Source: Nannocystis pusilla (GTDB taxonomy: Bacteria; Myxococcota_A; Polyangia; Nannocystales; Nannocystaceae). Taken from it: a stretch of 64,000 nucleotides of DNA. Location of the stretch: contig NZ_JAIRAU010000002.1 in NCBI RefSeq assembly GCF_020073745.1, positions 273,694-337,693 on the forward strand, in the 5' to 3' direction. Under the pieces are notes generated by a model. It was not told the DNA's origin. It ran no database searches and saw nothing but the letters and a program-made list of their open reading frames with translations. The position numbers and the translations under genes were made by a program. Below, piece after piece: positions 31,501 through 40,829 of this stretch (the stretch's first letter is position 1; each line of letters starts with the position of its first letter).

Positions 31501-33444
31501 CAGCGCCGGATCGACGGCGGGCGCGAGCTGCTCCGGCGGGGCCGGATCGTCGTGCTGCTTGGCGTGGAGGATCAGCAGCGGCGGGCCGGTGAAGGGCAGG
31601 CGGCCGGTGAGCGCCTCGTAGAGCATGACGCCGACGGCGTACCAGTCGCTCGCGGGCGTGGCGGGGTTGCCGGCGGCCTGCTCCGGCGCCATCGTCGCCG
31701 GGGTGCCGAGCAGGCCGTCCTCGCCGCCCTCGGCGACGTCGTCGGCGGCGAGGCCGAAGTCGAGGATCGCGACGCGGCCCTCGGGCGTGACGAGCACGTT
31801 CGACGACTTGAGGTCGCGGTGCAGCTTGCCGGCGGCGTGCAGGGCGCTGACGCCGGCCGCCAGCTGCAGCAGGGCCGGCCGCAGCCGCTCGTGCAGCCGG
31901 CCGGCGTCGCGCGCGTCTGGCTCTTCGGACATGTCCTGACGGACATAATCGACGAAGCTGACGCCGTCGACGAACTCCATGGTGATGAACCACTCGTCGG
32001 CGTGCGAGACCAGCTGGTAGAGGCTGACGAGGTTGGGGTGCGACAGGCCGGCGGCGCTGCGGAACTCGTTCTTGAGGCGGAACAGCGCGCCGGGGTCGAG
32101 CTTGTGCAGGGTCTTGAGCGCGAGGGTGCGGCCGCTGTCGCGGTCGACGGCGGCGTAGACGACGCCCATGCTGCCCGAGCCGACCCGACGCACCAGCTCG
32201 TAGCGGCCGAGGGGACGCGGAAGGATGTCCTCAGGGACAGGTAGCGTCGCCGGCAGCGAAGCGCGGGCCTGGGGCTCGTCGGAGTTCAAGGGAGCGAGCG
32301 GATTATGCCACGCGGGCCGGCCCGCGGTCGCTTCGGCGGGCAGCGCCCCCGGCGGGACGCCGAGGCCGGGGCCGCGGGGCCGCGGCAGTTCGGGCGCGAG
32401 CCGGTCCTGGCTGCCCGGCGGCATGGGGTCGTCCAGCGTGAGCATGTGGGCGTCGAGGTCGGCCTCGTCGGCGAGACGGGACAGGGCGCTGGCGGCGGCG
32501 AGCCCGACGCGGGTCTCGATCATGCAGCCGAGGAGCACGCGCAGGCCCTCCCGCCGGGCCGCGGCGATCATCGCCAGCGCGGGCGAGATCCCGCCGCACT
32601 TCATCAACTTGATGTTGACGCCGGCGACGGCGCCCGCGAGGGCGATCACGTCGTCCGGCCCCTGCACGTCCTCGTCGGCGTAGATCGGGATGGGTGAGTC
32701 GCGCGCGAGCGCCGCGAGCAGGTCGGGCCGCCCCGCAGGCAGCGGCTGCTCGAGCTGCTCGACCCCGAGGTCGACCAGCAGGGGGATGAGCGCGCGGGCG
32801 TCCTCCGGGGTCCAGCCGCCGTTGGCGTCGACCCGCAGGCGGGCCCGCGGGGCCGCGGCCGCGACCGCACGCACCGCCGCGCGGTCGAACTCACGGGCGC
32901 GCCCGAGCTTGATCTTGAGCACCGGCAAGTGCGCGGCCGCGGCCGCCCGGGCGGCCATCGCCGGCAGCTCGTCGAGCGCGATCGTGTACGAGGTCACGGC
33001 CGCCCCCGATGTGGCCAAAAGGACATGACCGTCGACACCTGCCCGATCGAGCACGTCGGGGTCGGCCAGCCAGTCGGCGAGCGGCAGATCCCGGGCCCGC
33101 GCGGCGGCGTCCCACAGCGCGGTGTCGACGGCGCAGCGGGCCGCGGAGTGGGCCGGGGCGAGCTCGCGCATGCGCGCGCCAGCGGCCGTGATCGCGCGCG
33201 GGTCGCCGAGGATCGCCGGATCGAGCTCGGCGGCGATGGCGACGGCCAGCGGGGCCGCCGCCGGCGCCGACTGCCCGAGGTAGCGCACCGGGGCGGCCTC
33301 GCCGAGGCCGCGGCGCTCGCGACCGTCCGGCGATCCCGGGGGTTCGAGGCGCACCAGCAGGCTCGGCAGTTCGCTCACGGTCCCGCGCGACAGACCGAAC
33401 GGGTGGCGCAGGCGAAGCGTGACGAGGGCGGCGCGCAGGTCCAT
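28579..33444 (-). CDS. 1621-aa ORF: N-terminal enolase-superfamily dipeptide-epimerase-like domain fused in frame to a Ser/Thr protein kinase, AAA/NB-ARC-like ATPase and TPR region
   Basis: Epimerase motifs (KIKLG, DANGGW, EQP, YADE, KLMKCGG, C-terminal PGLGV) occupy about 33444-32346. The kinase G-loop [21 protein letters not shown] and APE come next. Then a Walker A GRSGIGKT and long helical repeats. No in-frame stop lies between the domains. Confidence 0.6.
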   Translation of the reverse strand: MDLRAALVTLRLRHPFGLSRGTVSELPSLLVRLEPPGSPDGRERRGLGEAAPVRYLGQSAPAAAPLAVAIAAELDPAILGDPRAITAAGARMRELAPAHSAARCAVDTALWDAAARARDLPLADWLADPDVLDRAGVDGHVLLATSGAAVTSYTIALDELPAMAARAAAAAHLPVLKIKLGRAREFDRAAVRAVAAAAPRARLRVDANGGWTPEDARALIPLLVDLGVEQLEQPLPAGRPDLLAALARDSPIPIYADEDVQGPDDVIALAGAVAGVNIKLMKCGGISPALAMIAAARREGLRVLLGCMIETRVGLAAASALSRLADEADLDAHMLTLDDPMPPGSQDRLAPELPRPRGPGLGVPPGALPAEATAGRPAWHNPLAPLNSDEPQARASLPATLPVPEDILPRPLGRYELVRRVGSGSMGVVYAAVDRDSGRTLALKTLHKLDPGALFRLKNEFRSAAGLSHPNLVSLYQLVSHADEWFITMEFVDGVSFVDYVRQDMSEEPDARDAGRLHERLRPALLQLAAGVSALHAAGKLHRDLKSSNVLVTPEGRVAILDFGLAADDVAEGGEDGLLGTPATMAPEQAAGNPATPASDWYAVGVMLYEALTGRLPFTGPPLLILHAKQHDDPAPPEQLAPAVDPALSTLCMGLLRRDPATRLGGADIREALGEAPLGPAESGARFVGRDDLLSAMRDAFQLALAGSPVCVYVRGRSGIGKTALIDRFIAELRRTDRAFVLQGRCFERESVPYKAFDSVLDALAQHLRHLPAEEAAALLPREIHELTRLFPVLARAAVVADLPQRNFAAPDPQEARRRAFRGLKELLARIADRRPLVLRIADLQWGDEDSARLLAELLSPPDPPALLFIGSYRIDEDDAPMLRELRRLGARPELKALVRDLLVEPLSAEQAEELALARLGRDTDGTRADARRIAAESGGNPLFVEELARHVAGHRGAAPPEVSLDAVVRTRLAGLRAAGRRLLEIVAVAGRPIPANLAFSASGVTDRSILGELQAQHLLRTLATRGGDTVECYHDRIRDTVLAQLGADHLARLHRTLADALAQSADDPELLAHHLHAAGALQEAFAAAVAAAERAAAALAFHRAAQLYERALAWASDLPDDERRALLRRRADALAQAGRSAAAAPVYASAAEGAAPAESLELRRRAGEQFLVSGNIDQGIRLLRPALVEVDLGYPATPGRANMSIITRSTQLSLRGLNFVSVREDQVPPADLLRLDVCLSAAVGLAFVDPIRGYSFFQRGLLLALQTGEPQRIARALAGVGAMVVSRGTANAVGRGTTLLKEARRLAEQLSDPRLLGLCEIIDGLSDVSLGRWRRALERNEQGAQILLDRCVGVGWELDVSRMSSMRALYMLGELAELGGRAHAWLREAEETGDLCGEVWSSLYSAYGLLSADDIHSARDRVRNTMRRWTRDGFHFQHMLALVLETFCDLYQGQGGAAWQRLAENWVAVENSYILGWQGQRIVFLHARALAAIAAAREQPHNAGVLLAAAERDAAQLEEDRALRYDSVAMAALIRAGIAAQNNDIPQALVRLEAAAASFDTADMRIHAACARRRRGELMGPGGAQLIAQADQFLASQAIRRPAQWSAMYNGSARHEPVGT

Positions 33445-33493
33445 GGACTCCCCGGTGTACCACCGCCGAGGCGCCATTGTATCGTGACGGCGC

Positions 33494-35008
33494 ATGCCCA
33501 GTCGCCGCCCCGGAGGCTCGTCCCCCAGCGTCGCGCTCGATCGGCTGTTCGACCGCGATTCGCCGCTCTCGTACGAGGAGCGGCTCGAGGCCCTGATCTC
33601 GGCGGCGCTGCCCGACCAGGTGCCGCGGCTGTCGTTCGGCGCCGAGCTGGCCCGCGGCGGCATGGGCTCGGTGAGGCTCGCGTTCGACGAGGTGCTGCAG
33701 CGGCGGATGGCCGCCAAGACCATGCACGCGCGGACCTACGAGCACCTGATCCTCGTGCACGGGTTCCTGCGCGAGGCCCAGGTCACCGGCCAGCTCGACC
33801 ACCCCAACATCGTGCCGATCCACGAGCTCGGCCGCGACGAGCAGGGCCAGGTCTACTTCACGATGAAGCTGGTCGAGGGCCAGAGCCTGAAGGCCATGAT
33901 CGCCGGCGAGGCGGCGACCGACCACGAGCGCCTGGTCCACCGGCTCGAGATCTTCGTCAAGGTGTGCGACGCGCTGTCGTTCGCCCACAGCCGCGGGGTG
34001 ATCCACTGCGACCTCAAGTCGGCGAACGTGATGGTCGGCGCGTACGGCCAGGTCTACCTGATGGACTGGGGCGGGGCGCAGCTGCTGCCCCTTCGGCCAG
34101 GTGCCGACGAGAGCCAGTGGGTCCGCGACGCCCTGCCGCCGCTGCCGCCGTCGGAGACCGACGGGCTGGTGTTCGGCACGCCGTCGTACATGTCGCCGGA
34201 GCAGGCGATGAGCCATTCGCTCGACGAGCGCTCCGACGTGTTCTCGATGGGCGCGCTGCTGTACGAGGTGATGACCGGCAAGCCGCCCTACCAGGCCAAG
34301 ACGGCGATGGACGCGCTGCTACTGGCGCAGCAGGGCAACATCGCGCCGCCCGACTCGCACGTGGCGGTGCCGTTCCCGCGCGAGCTGGTCCGCATCGTCA
34401 TGAAGGCGCTGCGCCGCGACCCCGACGACCGCTACGCCAGCGTGGCGGCGCTCCAGCAGGACATCGTCCGCCTGCTGCGCGGCAGCGGCAGCTTCCAGAC
34501 GGTCCGCTTCGCCGCCGGCGACCACGTCATCCGCGAGGGCGAGATCGGCGACGCGGCCTACATCGTGCTGGGCGGCCGGCTCGAGGTCTACAAGCTCGAG
34601 GGCGGGCACCACGTGTCGCTGCGCTGGCTCGGGCCCGGCGACGTGTTCGGCGAGACTTCGATCTTCGCCGCGTCGCGCCGGACCGCCAGCGTGCTGGTGG
34701 TCGAGGAGGCGACGCTGACGAAGATCACCAGCGACCTGATCGAGGAGGAGCTGACGTCGATGAAGCCGTGGATGGGGGCGTTCGTGCGCACGCTCGCGGC
34801 CCGCTTCGCCGGCATCGAGAGCCGCAGCGCCAGGATGCCGCTGCTGGCCGATCGCCCGTCCGCGCCGCCCCCGCCGCGCAGCGCCCCGCCGAGCGCGGCG
34901 CCGACGTCGTCGGGCGGCGAGAGCGTGATCATCGACATCGACGAGCCGCTCGACGAGCAACACGCGGCCAGCGACACGCACGTGACGCTGCTGGCGCGCC
35001 GCGAGTGA
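33494..35008 (+). CDS. Ser/Thr protein kinase with C-terminal cyclic-nucleotide-binding domain
   Basis: Kinase motifs (GMGSVRLA, HCDLKSAN, DWG, SPEQ). cNMP-binding motif (FGETSIFAASRRTASVLVVEEATL). Confidence 0.85.
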   Translation: MPSRRPGGSSPSVALDRLFDRDSPLSYEERLEALISAALPDQVPRLSFGAELARGGMGSVRLAFDEVLQRRMAAKTMHARTYEHLILVHGFLREAQVTGQLDHPNIVPIHELGRDEQGQVYFTMKLVEGQSLKAMIAGEAATDHERLVHRLEIFVKVCDALSFAHSRGVIHCDLKSANVMVGAYGQVYLMDWGGAQLLPLRPGADESQWVRDALPPLPPSETDGLVFGTPSYMSPEQAMSHSLDERSDVFSMGALLYEVMTGKPPYQAKTAMDALLLAQQGNIAPPDSHVAVPFPRELVRIVMKALRRDPDDRYASVAALQQDIVRLLRGSGSFQTVRFAAGDHVIREGEIGDAAYIVLGGRLEVYKLEGGHHVSLRWLGPGDVFGETSIFAASRRTASVLVVEEATLTKITSDLIEEELTSMKPWMGAFVRTLAARFAGIESRSARMPLLADRPSAPPPPRSAPPSAAPTSSGGESVIIDIDEPLDEQHAASDTHVTLLARRE

Positions 35009-35026
35009 GCGCCGGTCATGGCCCAT

Positions 35027-35062
35027 GGGACATGCCCGGAAGGGCATGTCCCGGAGGTCATG
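35027..35062. repeat. Extended palindrome GGGACATGCCC-ggaa-GGGCATGTCCC (REP-like) between convergent kinase and cyclase genes
   Basis: gggacatgcccggaagggcatgtcccggaggtcatggg. Confidence 0.75.
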
Positions 35063-35077
35063 GGATCGAGCCGCCGC

Positions 35078-36304
35078 TCACGCCCGCAGCGGCAGGCCCT
35101 CGAGCAGCTCCGTGAGCGCGCGGGGCAGGGCGGTGAAGCGGACGACCACGCGGCCGGCGGTCGAGGCGACGACCTTGGCGTAGGCGTCGACGCCGGGCAG
35201 GGCGGCCAGCACGAGCTTGAGATCGGAGCGCAGGGGCACGACGGTCGTGACGTGCAGCTCGGCGTTGTGCAGGTCGTCGTACGCGACCAGCACGGCGGGG
35301 TTCTCCTGGCCGCCGGTGTCCTTGCCCTCGAGCGCGGTGAAGCTGAGCCGCTGCGGCTCGGCCAGGGCGCGCCACTGGGATGTCTCTTCGGCCATGTGAA
35401 TGGCGAACGGGCCGTCGACGCCGGTGACGTCGTGGATCGTGATCGGCTCGCGCACGCCCTTGGGCCGGACCTCGAAGCTGCCGCGGGTGCGCAGGCGGTC
35501 GCCGAGGGCCTCGGCGGCCGACCCGGAGATCAGGACCTGGCCGCCGACGGTGTAGCTCTCGATCCGCGAGGTGAGGTTGACGTGGCGGCCGACCACGCCG
35601 TACTTGGCGCGCCGGTTGGAGCCGATGTTGCCGACCACGACCTCGCCGGTGTGGACGCCGATGCCCATCTCGAGCGCGGGCAGGCCGTGCTCGGCCAGCT
35701 CGGCGTTGACGCGACCCATGGCCCGCTGCATGGCGATCGCGCAGGCGACCGCGCGCTCGGGGTGGTCCTCCTGCGGCACCGGGGCGCCGAACACGGCGAG
35801 GATGGCGTCGCCGATGAACTCGTTGATCGAGCCGCGGTACTCGCCGATGACGTCGGCCATGGCGCCGAGGTAGATGTTGAGGATCGCCACCACCTGCTCG
35901 GGGCCCAGCCCCTCGCACAGGGTCGAGAAGCCGCGCAGGTCGGAGATCAGGATCGTCAGCGTGCGCCGCTCGCCGCCGAGCTGGCGGCCCTCGGGCGAGG
36001 CCAGCAGGGTGTTGACGACCTCGTCGGTGACGTGGCGGCCGAACACCTGGCGGATGAAGGCGTTGCGCAGCTCGAGCTCGACCACCAGCGCCTCGACCTG
36101 CTCGATCTTGACGGCGAGCTGCTCCTCGATCTCGTTGGCGTGCTCGAGCGTGGAGTCGTGCAGCATCACGAGGTCGTCGTGCTCGGCCTGCAGCGCGGCG
36201 GCGGCGGCCACGAACTCGGCGCGCGCGGCCGCGTCGGCCAGGAGCGTGGCCGCGGCCTCGGGGTCGGCGAGCAGCTGCCGCCAGCGCGGGTCTTCCGGGA
36301 GCAT
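35078..36304 (-). CDS. Class III adenylate/guanylate cyclase (CHD domain) with N-terminal helical region
   Basis: CHD motifs TILISDLRGFSTL, FIGDAILAVFGAP and GIGVHTGEVVVGNIG. Confidence 0.85.
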   Translation of the reverse strand: MLPEDPRWRQLLADPEAAATLLADAAARAEFVAAAAALQAEHDDLVMLHDSTLEHANEIEEQLAVKIEQVEALVVELELRNAFIRQVFGRHVTDEVVNTLLASPEGRQLGGERRTLTILISDLRGFSTLCEGLGPEQVVAILNIYLGAMADVIGEYRGSINEFIGDAILAVFGAPVPQEDHPERAVACAIAMQRAMGRVNAELAEHGLPALEMGIGVHTGEVVVGNIGSNRRAKYGVVGRHVNLTSRIESYTVGGQVLISGSAAEALGDRLRTRGSFEVRPKGVREPITIHDVTGVDGPFAIHMAEETSQWRALAEPQRLSFTALEGKDTGGQENPAVLVAYDDLHNAELHVTTVVPLRSDLKLVLAALPGVDAYAKVVASTAGRVVVRFTALPRALTELLEGLPLRA

Positions 36305-36317
36305 GCGGGCGGCGCCG

Positions 36318-36692
36318 TCAATCGAGCGCGATGACGATGGGCGGCAGGAACTTCTTGAGGTTGGGCAGCGACTTGCCCTGCCACGGGATGGTCGACGAGC
36401 CGTGGACCTTGATCTCGGTGTCGCCCTTCTTGCGCGCGGCGATGGCGAACTTGTAGAGCATGTTGATGCCCGAGCTGTTGAGGAACGCCAGCTCGGTCAT
36501 GCGCAGGCCGAGCGCGGGGCTCTCGAGGAGGACGCGGTCGAGCATGTCCTCGATCGGCTTGTACTCGCTGGTGCTGAGGCGGAGGACGCCCTCGAAGTGG
36601 ATCGTGCGCGAGGGCGCGTCGAACCACACGCGATAGCCGGGGCCTTTGATGTCGGTGTCAGACCCGGAGGGTCGCGAAGTTGTATCCGTCAT
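36318..36692 (-). CDS. SiaC-like (DUF1987) partner-switch protein
   Basis: 124 aa. LAFLNSSGINMLYKFAI aligns with the SiaC core (LYLNTSSIKAMMDIL). 4-bp overlap with the upstream kinase gene. Confidence 0.6.
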   Translation of the reverse strand: MTDTTSRPSGSDTDIKGPGYRVWFDAPSRTIHFEGVLRLSTSEYKPIEDMLDRVLLESPALGLRMTELAFLNSSGINMLYKFAIAARKKGDTEIKVHGSSTIPWQGKSLPNLKKFLPPIVIALD

Positions 36693-37252
36693 GGGGATTT
36701 CACCTGTAGCCGGGCGGTGGTCTTGAGGAGCGCGTTGTCAGGATTGCCAGGCGCGGGGTCGAAGCGCCAGCCGAGCCGGGCCTTGTAGTCCGACAGCATG
36801 GTGAGAAATCCCAGGCCCGAGGTCGTCAGTTCGGGGTTGGCGGCGTTCTCCTCGACGCGCTGCATCAGGAGCTCCGCGGGATCGCCGTCGAGCAGCTCGG
36901 CGAACTTGACGCGCAGCCCGTCGACCGCGGCGCCGACGATCTGGTTGCTGACGACCACCACGAACTCGCCGGCCTCGACCCCGGCGTCGATCACGACGGT
37001 GCCGCCGGCGCAGAACTTGACCGCGTTCTCGATCAGCTCGTTGAGCACGTAGCCGACGCTGCCGACGAAGTCGCGCCGCTCGGCCTCCTCGACGAGCCCG
37101 CTGGCGCCGACGTCGGCGAAGTACTCGGCGAAGAAGTCGGCCGCCACGCTGCACTGGTTCCACTTCACCGGGAACGCCCCGGGGTAGAACACGAGCGTGA
37201 CGCGCGGTCCAGCGTCCGTGGGCTCCCTGTACTCGCCGATGATGCCGTCCAT
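36689..37252 (-). CDS. SiaB-like anti-sigma-factor-type GHKL Ser/Thr kinase
   Basis: N-box LNELIENAVKF, typical of the RsbW/SpoIIAB/SiaB kinase fold. 187 aa. GGAG RBS. Confidence 0.6.
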   Translation of the reverse strand: MDGIIGEYREPTDAGPRVTLVFYPGAFPVKWNQCSVAADFFAEYFADVGASGLVEEAERRDFVGSVGYVLNELIENAVKFCAGGTVVIDAGVEAGEFVVVVSNQIVGAAVDGLRVKFAELLDGDPAELLMQRVEENAANPELTTSGLGFLTMLSDYKARLGWRFDPAPGNPDNALLKTTARLQVKSP

Positions 37253-37275
37253 ACTCTCCGTCCGCCTCGGGCGCC

Positions 37276-39636
37276 TCAGCGCCGCTTGATCACCACCGTC
37301 GTGATGTCGTCGAAGACCTTCTGCGCGCCGATGAAGCGCATGACGTCGTCGATGATCGCCTGCTTGATCTCGGCCGCCGTCCGCTCGTGCACGCGGCGCA
37401 CCGCCTCGCACAGGCGCTCGATCCCGTACTGCTCGCCGTGGATGTCCTCCGCCTCGGTAATGCCGTCAGTGTACAGGACGACGACGTCGCCCGGCGACAG
37501 CCGCAGCTCGGTGTGGGCGATGAACGTGGCGATGTCGACCTCGAGCCCGACCGGCATGCCGAGGTCGACGGTGTCGATGCGCTCGATCGAGCCGCCCCGC
37601 CGCACGACCACGGCCTCCTCGTGCTGCCCCGTGAGGCGGAGCACCCCCTGCGAGTAGTCGAGCAGGACCAGGGTGGCGGTGCGGTCGAGACCGACGCGCT
37701 GGATGTTCTGGTAGAGGACCTTGTTGACGATGTTGAGGAAGCGCTCCGCGTCGCGCTCCTCCGCGGCCTGCAGGGTGCGCACCGCCGTCTGGATCATCAG
37801 CATCAAGACGCCGCTCTCGAGGCCGTGCCCGGTGACGTCGCCGATGCCGATCTTGACGCCGCCGGCGTGGCGCAGGACGTCGTAGTAGTCGCCGCCGACC
37901 TCGTCGGCCGGGCGCATGTAGCCGGCGACCTCGAGGCCGTCGAGCTCGGCCAGCTCGCGGTCGGGCGGCAGGACCATCAGCTGCAAGCGCCGGGCGACGT
38001 CGAGCTCGGCGCCGAGCCGCAGGTTCTCCTGCTTGAGCCGCTCGTTCAGCGCCATGATCTCGCGGCTGGCCCGCTGCAGCTCGGCGGTCCGCTGTTCGAC
38101 CAGGCTCTCGAGGTTGTGCGTATACGCGCGGATCTCCGCGGCCATCTGGTTGAAGGCGCGGCCGAGCGCGCCGAACTCGTCGCTGCTGCGCACGTCGACG
38201 CGCACGTCGTAGTCCTTCTGCGCGATCTTGCCGGCGCCGGCGGCGAGGTCGGACAGCGCGCTGGTCATGCGCCGCGAGACCAGGAAGATCCCGAGCATCA
38301 CCACCGCGAGCGCCACCAGCGTGATGACGATCTGGCTGGTGAGGATCCCGCGGCTGCTGGCGGCGATGGTGGCCTGGGCGTTGATCAGCGAGCTGTAGAT
38401 CTCGGCGGCCGGGACGACGAAGCCCAGCGTCCACCGCTCGGGCTTGATGTCGGCCGAGCCCGACCAGGCGTTGAACGGCTCGAGCCGCTTGAGCACGACG
38501 ACGTAGTCCTGGCCGCCGATCGCTACCGGGTCGCGGTAATCGACGGCGTCGCCGCTCGGCAGCGCGAGGGCGCGGATCGCCGGGTCGCGCGATTGATGGA
38601 GGAACTGCTGGAAGATGTCGACGCCGGCGCCCGACGAGCCGCTGATCTGCTGCAGGCCGAGGATGTCCTTGCCGTCGTCGTTGACGGCGAACACGTTGCC
38701 GTTCTCCTGGGCGAGGAAGGCGAAGCCCGAGCTGGCGAGCTGCAGGTCCTGGACGTGGCGGATCAATTGACTGAGCGTGACGTCGACGCCGACGGCCCCG
38801 GCGAACCGCGTGCGCGAGACGTCCCACAGCGGCTGGAACAGGGTCATGATGGCCCCGCTGCCGCCCGCGTCGGTGTACGGCGAGGTGCCGGTGACCTGCG
38901 CGGCGGGGTCGCGCATGCGCGCGGGGTCGCCGATCCAGCGCTGCCAGCCCTCGACGATGCCGGGGAAGTAGAAGCTCCAGAACGGGCTGGCGTTGTGCCC
39001 GGGGTACTGCTTGTCGGCGTGGCCGGCCGCGTCGGCCCACGGCGCGATCCGCAGGTACTCGGCGCCCGCGGGGCCGATGAAGTACATGGCCTGCTTCTCG
39101 GCCCCGTGCTGGAGGAGCGGCGGCAGCAGCAGGTCGAGCAGGGCGGTGCGCTCGACGGCGGCCCGGACCTCGGGCTTGATGTCCCGAAGGCCAGGTTTGT
39201 TCGGGTCGGCCGGGGCGTGCAGGTAGCCCCACACGGCGACCGCCGAGGGCTCGCCTTCAGCGGTCTGCGACCAGTCGCCGGCCGGGTCGTAGACCAGGGC
39301 GTCGCGCAGCGGCGAGGTCGTGGCTGCGGCGGCGGTCAGCGGCGCGAGCGCGTCCTGCTGGTCGATCAAGGTCTGGGCGACGGCCGCGAGCACGCCGAGC
39401 TCGGCGCGCGCGCGGCCGTGGTAGAACTCGACCCGCCGCGCGGTGTCCTCGATGTGATTGGTGAGGTACTCGCGACTGGCGCGCTCGAGGCCGTTGCGGA
39501 TCTCGTCGGAGGCGTCGCCGCCGAGCGAGCGGATGCCCTGCAGCGAGGCCAGCGCGGCGAGCGTCAGGCCGATCACCAGCCCGACCCCGGCGACGAGGAC
39601 GAACTTGGTGCGGAACCTGGAGCCCGTGATGGCCAT
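37276..39636 (-). CDS. Membrane sensor phosphatase with periplasmic domain, HAMP and PP2C (SpoIIE-like) domains; SiaA-like
   Basis: TM1 FVLVAGVGLVIGLTLAALASL. ~500-aa periplasmic region. TM2 IVITLVALAVVMLGIFLV. HAMP. PP2C motifs GDYYD, GDVTGHG and LYTDGITE. Confidence 0.8.
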   Translation of the reverse strand: MAITGSRFRTKFVLVAGVGLVIGLTLAALASLQGIRSLGGDASDEIRNGLERASREYLTNHIEDTARRVEFYHGRARAELGVLAAVAQTLIDQQDALAPLTAAAATTSPLRDALVYDPAGDWSQTAEGEPSAVAVWGYLHAPADPNKPGLRDIKPEVRAAVERTALLDLLLPPLLQHGAEKQAMYFIGPAGAEYLRIAPWADAAGHADKQYPGHNASPFWSFYFPGIVEGWQRWIGDPARMRDPAAQVTGTSPYTDAGGSGAIMTLFQPLWDVSRTRFAGAVGVDVTLSQLIRHVQDLQLASSGFAFLAQENGNVFAVNDDGKDILGLQQISGSSGAGVDIFQQFLHQSRDPAIRALALPSGDAVDYRDPVAIGGQDYVVVLKRLEPFNAWSGSADIKPERWTLGFVVPAAEIYSSLINAQATIAASSRGILTSQIVITLVALAVVMLGIFLVSRRMTSALSDLAAGAGKIAQKDYDVRVDVRSSDEFGALGRAFNQMAAEIRAYTHNLESLVEQRTAELQRASREIMALNERLKQENLRLGAELDVARRLQLMVLPPDRELAELDGLEVAGYMRPADEVGGDYYDVLRHAGGVKIGIGDVTGHGLESGVLMLMIQTAVRTLQAAEERDAERFLNIVNKVLYQNIQRVGLDRTATLVLLDYSQGVLRLTGQHEEAVVVRRGGSIERIDTVDLGMPVGLEVDIATFIAHTELRLSPGDVVVLYTDGITEAEDIHGEQYGIERLCEAVRRVHERTAAEIKQAIIDDVMRFIGAQKVFDDITTVVIKRR

Positions 39637-39644
39637 GCGCGGCG

Positions 39645-40817
39645 TCAACGCTCGGGTTTGCGGCCGGAGGCGACGTAGATCGGCCAGGTGGCGAAGCCGC
39701 GGCGGCTGCGGATCGCGTACACGTGATCGCGGAAGCCCATGCGCAGGCGCTCGACGACCTCGGGCGGCTGCTGCGTGGCCGCCGAGAGCTCGCCGGTGAC
39801 GTACTCCTCCCAGCTCTCGATCACCCGCGCGAAGTCGTCGATCGCGGTGTTGTTGTTGGTGATCGGGAGCTGCTCCATGCGCACGTCCTCGAGGCCCATG
39901 TCGGTGAGCTGCGAGAACATCTTCGGCCCGAAGTTCATGTCCATGCCGAGGCTCTGGGCGATCTTCACGGCCTGCTGGTACGTCCACGTGACCGACTCGT
40001 GGCGCGGGTAGCCGTAGTTGTGCGCGGTCATCTCGTTGGTCAGGTAGACCCGCCCGCCGGGTTTACAGATCCGCACCAGCTCGCGCAAGATGCTGGCCGG
40101 ATCGTTGAAGATCTGCAGCGCCAGGCGCGAGGTGACGAAGTCGAAGCTGTTCGACGGCAAGAACAGGTGGGTCGCGTCGCCGAACTGATACTCGATGTCG
40201 GTGATGCCGAACTCGCGGGCGATCTGCTGCGCGTATTGGAGGAACGGCCGCGAGTGATCGACGCCGACGATGTACTCGGGCTCGAACTCCTTGTAGACGA
40301 GCACCGCGAAGTCGCCGATCCCGCAGCAGATGTCGGCGATCCGCATGCGCTTGCCGAGGCCGTGGCGGCGCAGCAGCTCGCGCTCGTGCGACCACACGAT
40401 GTTAGTCTGGGTCCGCAGCACCGGCACCAGCTGATCGTTCTCGATCACGCCCTGGCCGGGGTAAAACGCCCTGTCGTACTGCTCGACGATGGTGTTGCCG
40501 AACTGCGCGCCGAGGAAGCCGAAGCGCAGCGGGGCCCACGGGACCACGCTCGAGACGACGAGCTTGAGCTTGAGCGCGGGGTGGCGCTGGGCGCAGGCGG
40601 CGATGAAGCGCGCGAGCTCGACGAAGCCGGTGTGGTTGAGGTAACGCAGGCGCTTGAAGTTGAGGTAGAGGACGCCGCGCACGGCGTCGGCGGCGTGGTC
40701 GAGGTGGGCGCGCACCGGCGCGAAGTCCTCGGGCCCGGCCGGGCGCAGCGACCCCGCGAGCGCGACCTCCTGGTCGTTCTCGTGGAAGCGGATCGAAAAC
40801 GGTTGCTCGTTCTCCAT
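39645..40817 (-). CDS. Fusion protein: N-terminal SiaC-like (DUF1987) domain plus C-terminal class I SAM-dependent methyltransferase
   Basis: N-terminal LYLNFKRLRYLNHTGFVELARFIAA (SiaC-like). MTase motif I ADICCGIGDFAV and post-I acidic residue. Confidence 0.7.
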   Translation of the reverse strand: MENEQPFSIRFHENDQEVALAGSLRPAGPEDFAPVRAHLDHAADAVRGVLYLNFKRLRYLNHTGFVELARFIAACAQRHPALKLKLVVSSVVPWAPLRFGFLGAQFGNTIVEQYDRAFYPGQGVIENDQLVPVLRTQTNIVWSHERELLRRHGLGKRMRIADICCGIGDFAVLVYKEFEPEYIVGVDHSRPFLQYAQQIAREFGITDIEYQFGDATHLFLPSNSFDFVTSRLALQIFNDPASILRELVRICKPGGRVYLTNEMTAHNYGYPRHESVTWTYQQAVKIAQSLGMDMNFGPKMFSQLTDMGLEDVRMEQLPITNNNTAIDDFARVIESWEEYVTGELSAATQQPPEVVERLRMGFRDHVYAIRSRRGFATWPIYVASGRKPER

Positions 40818-40829
40818 ACCCAGCTCGGC

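Noticed and set aside
35027-35062. GGGACATGCCC-N4-GGGCATGTCCC looks like a eukaryotic p53 response element (RRRCATGYYY x2)
   Set aside because: A coincidence of the palindrome family, with no biological meaning in a bacterial chromosome.
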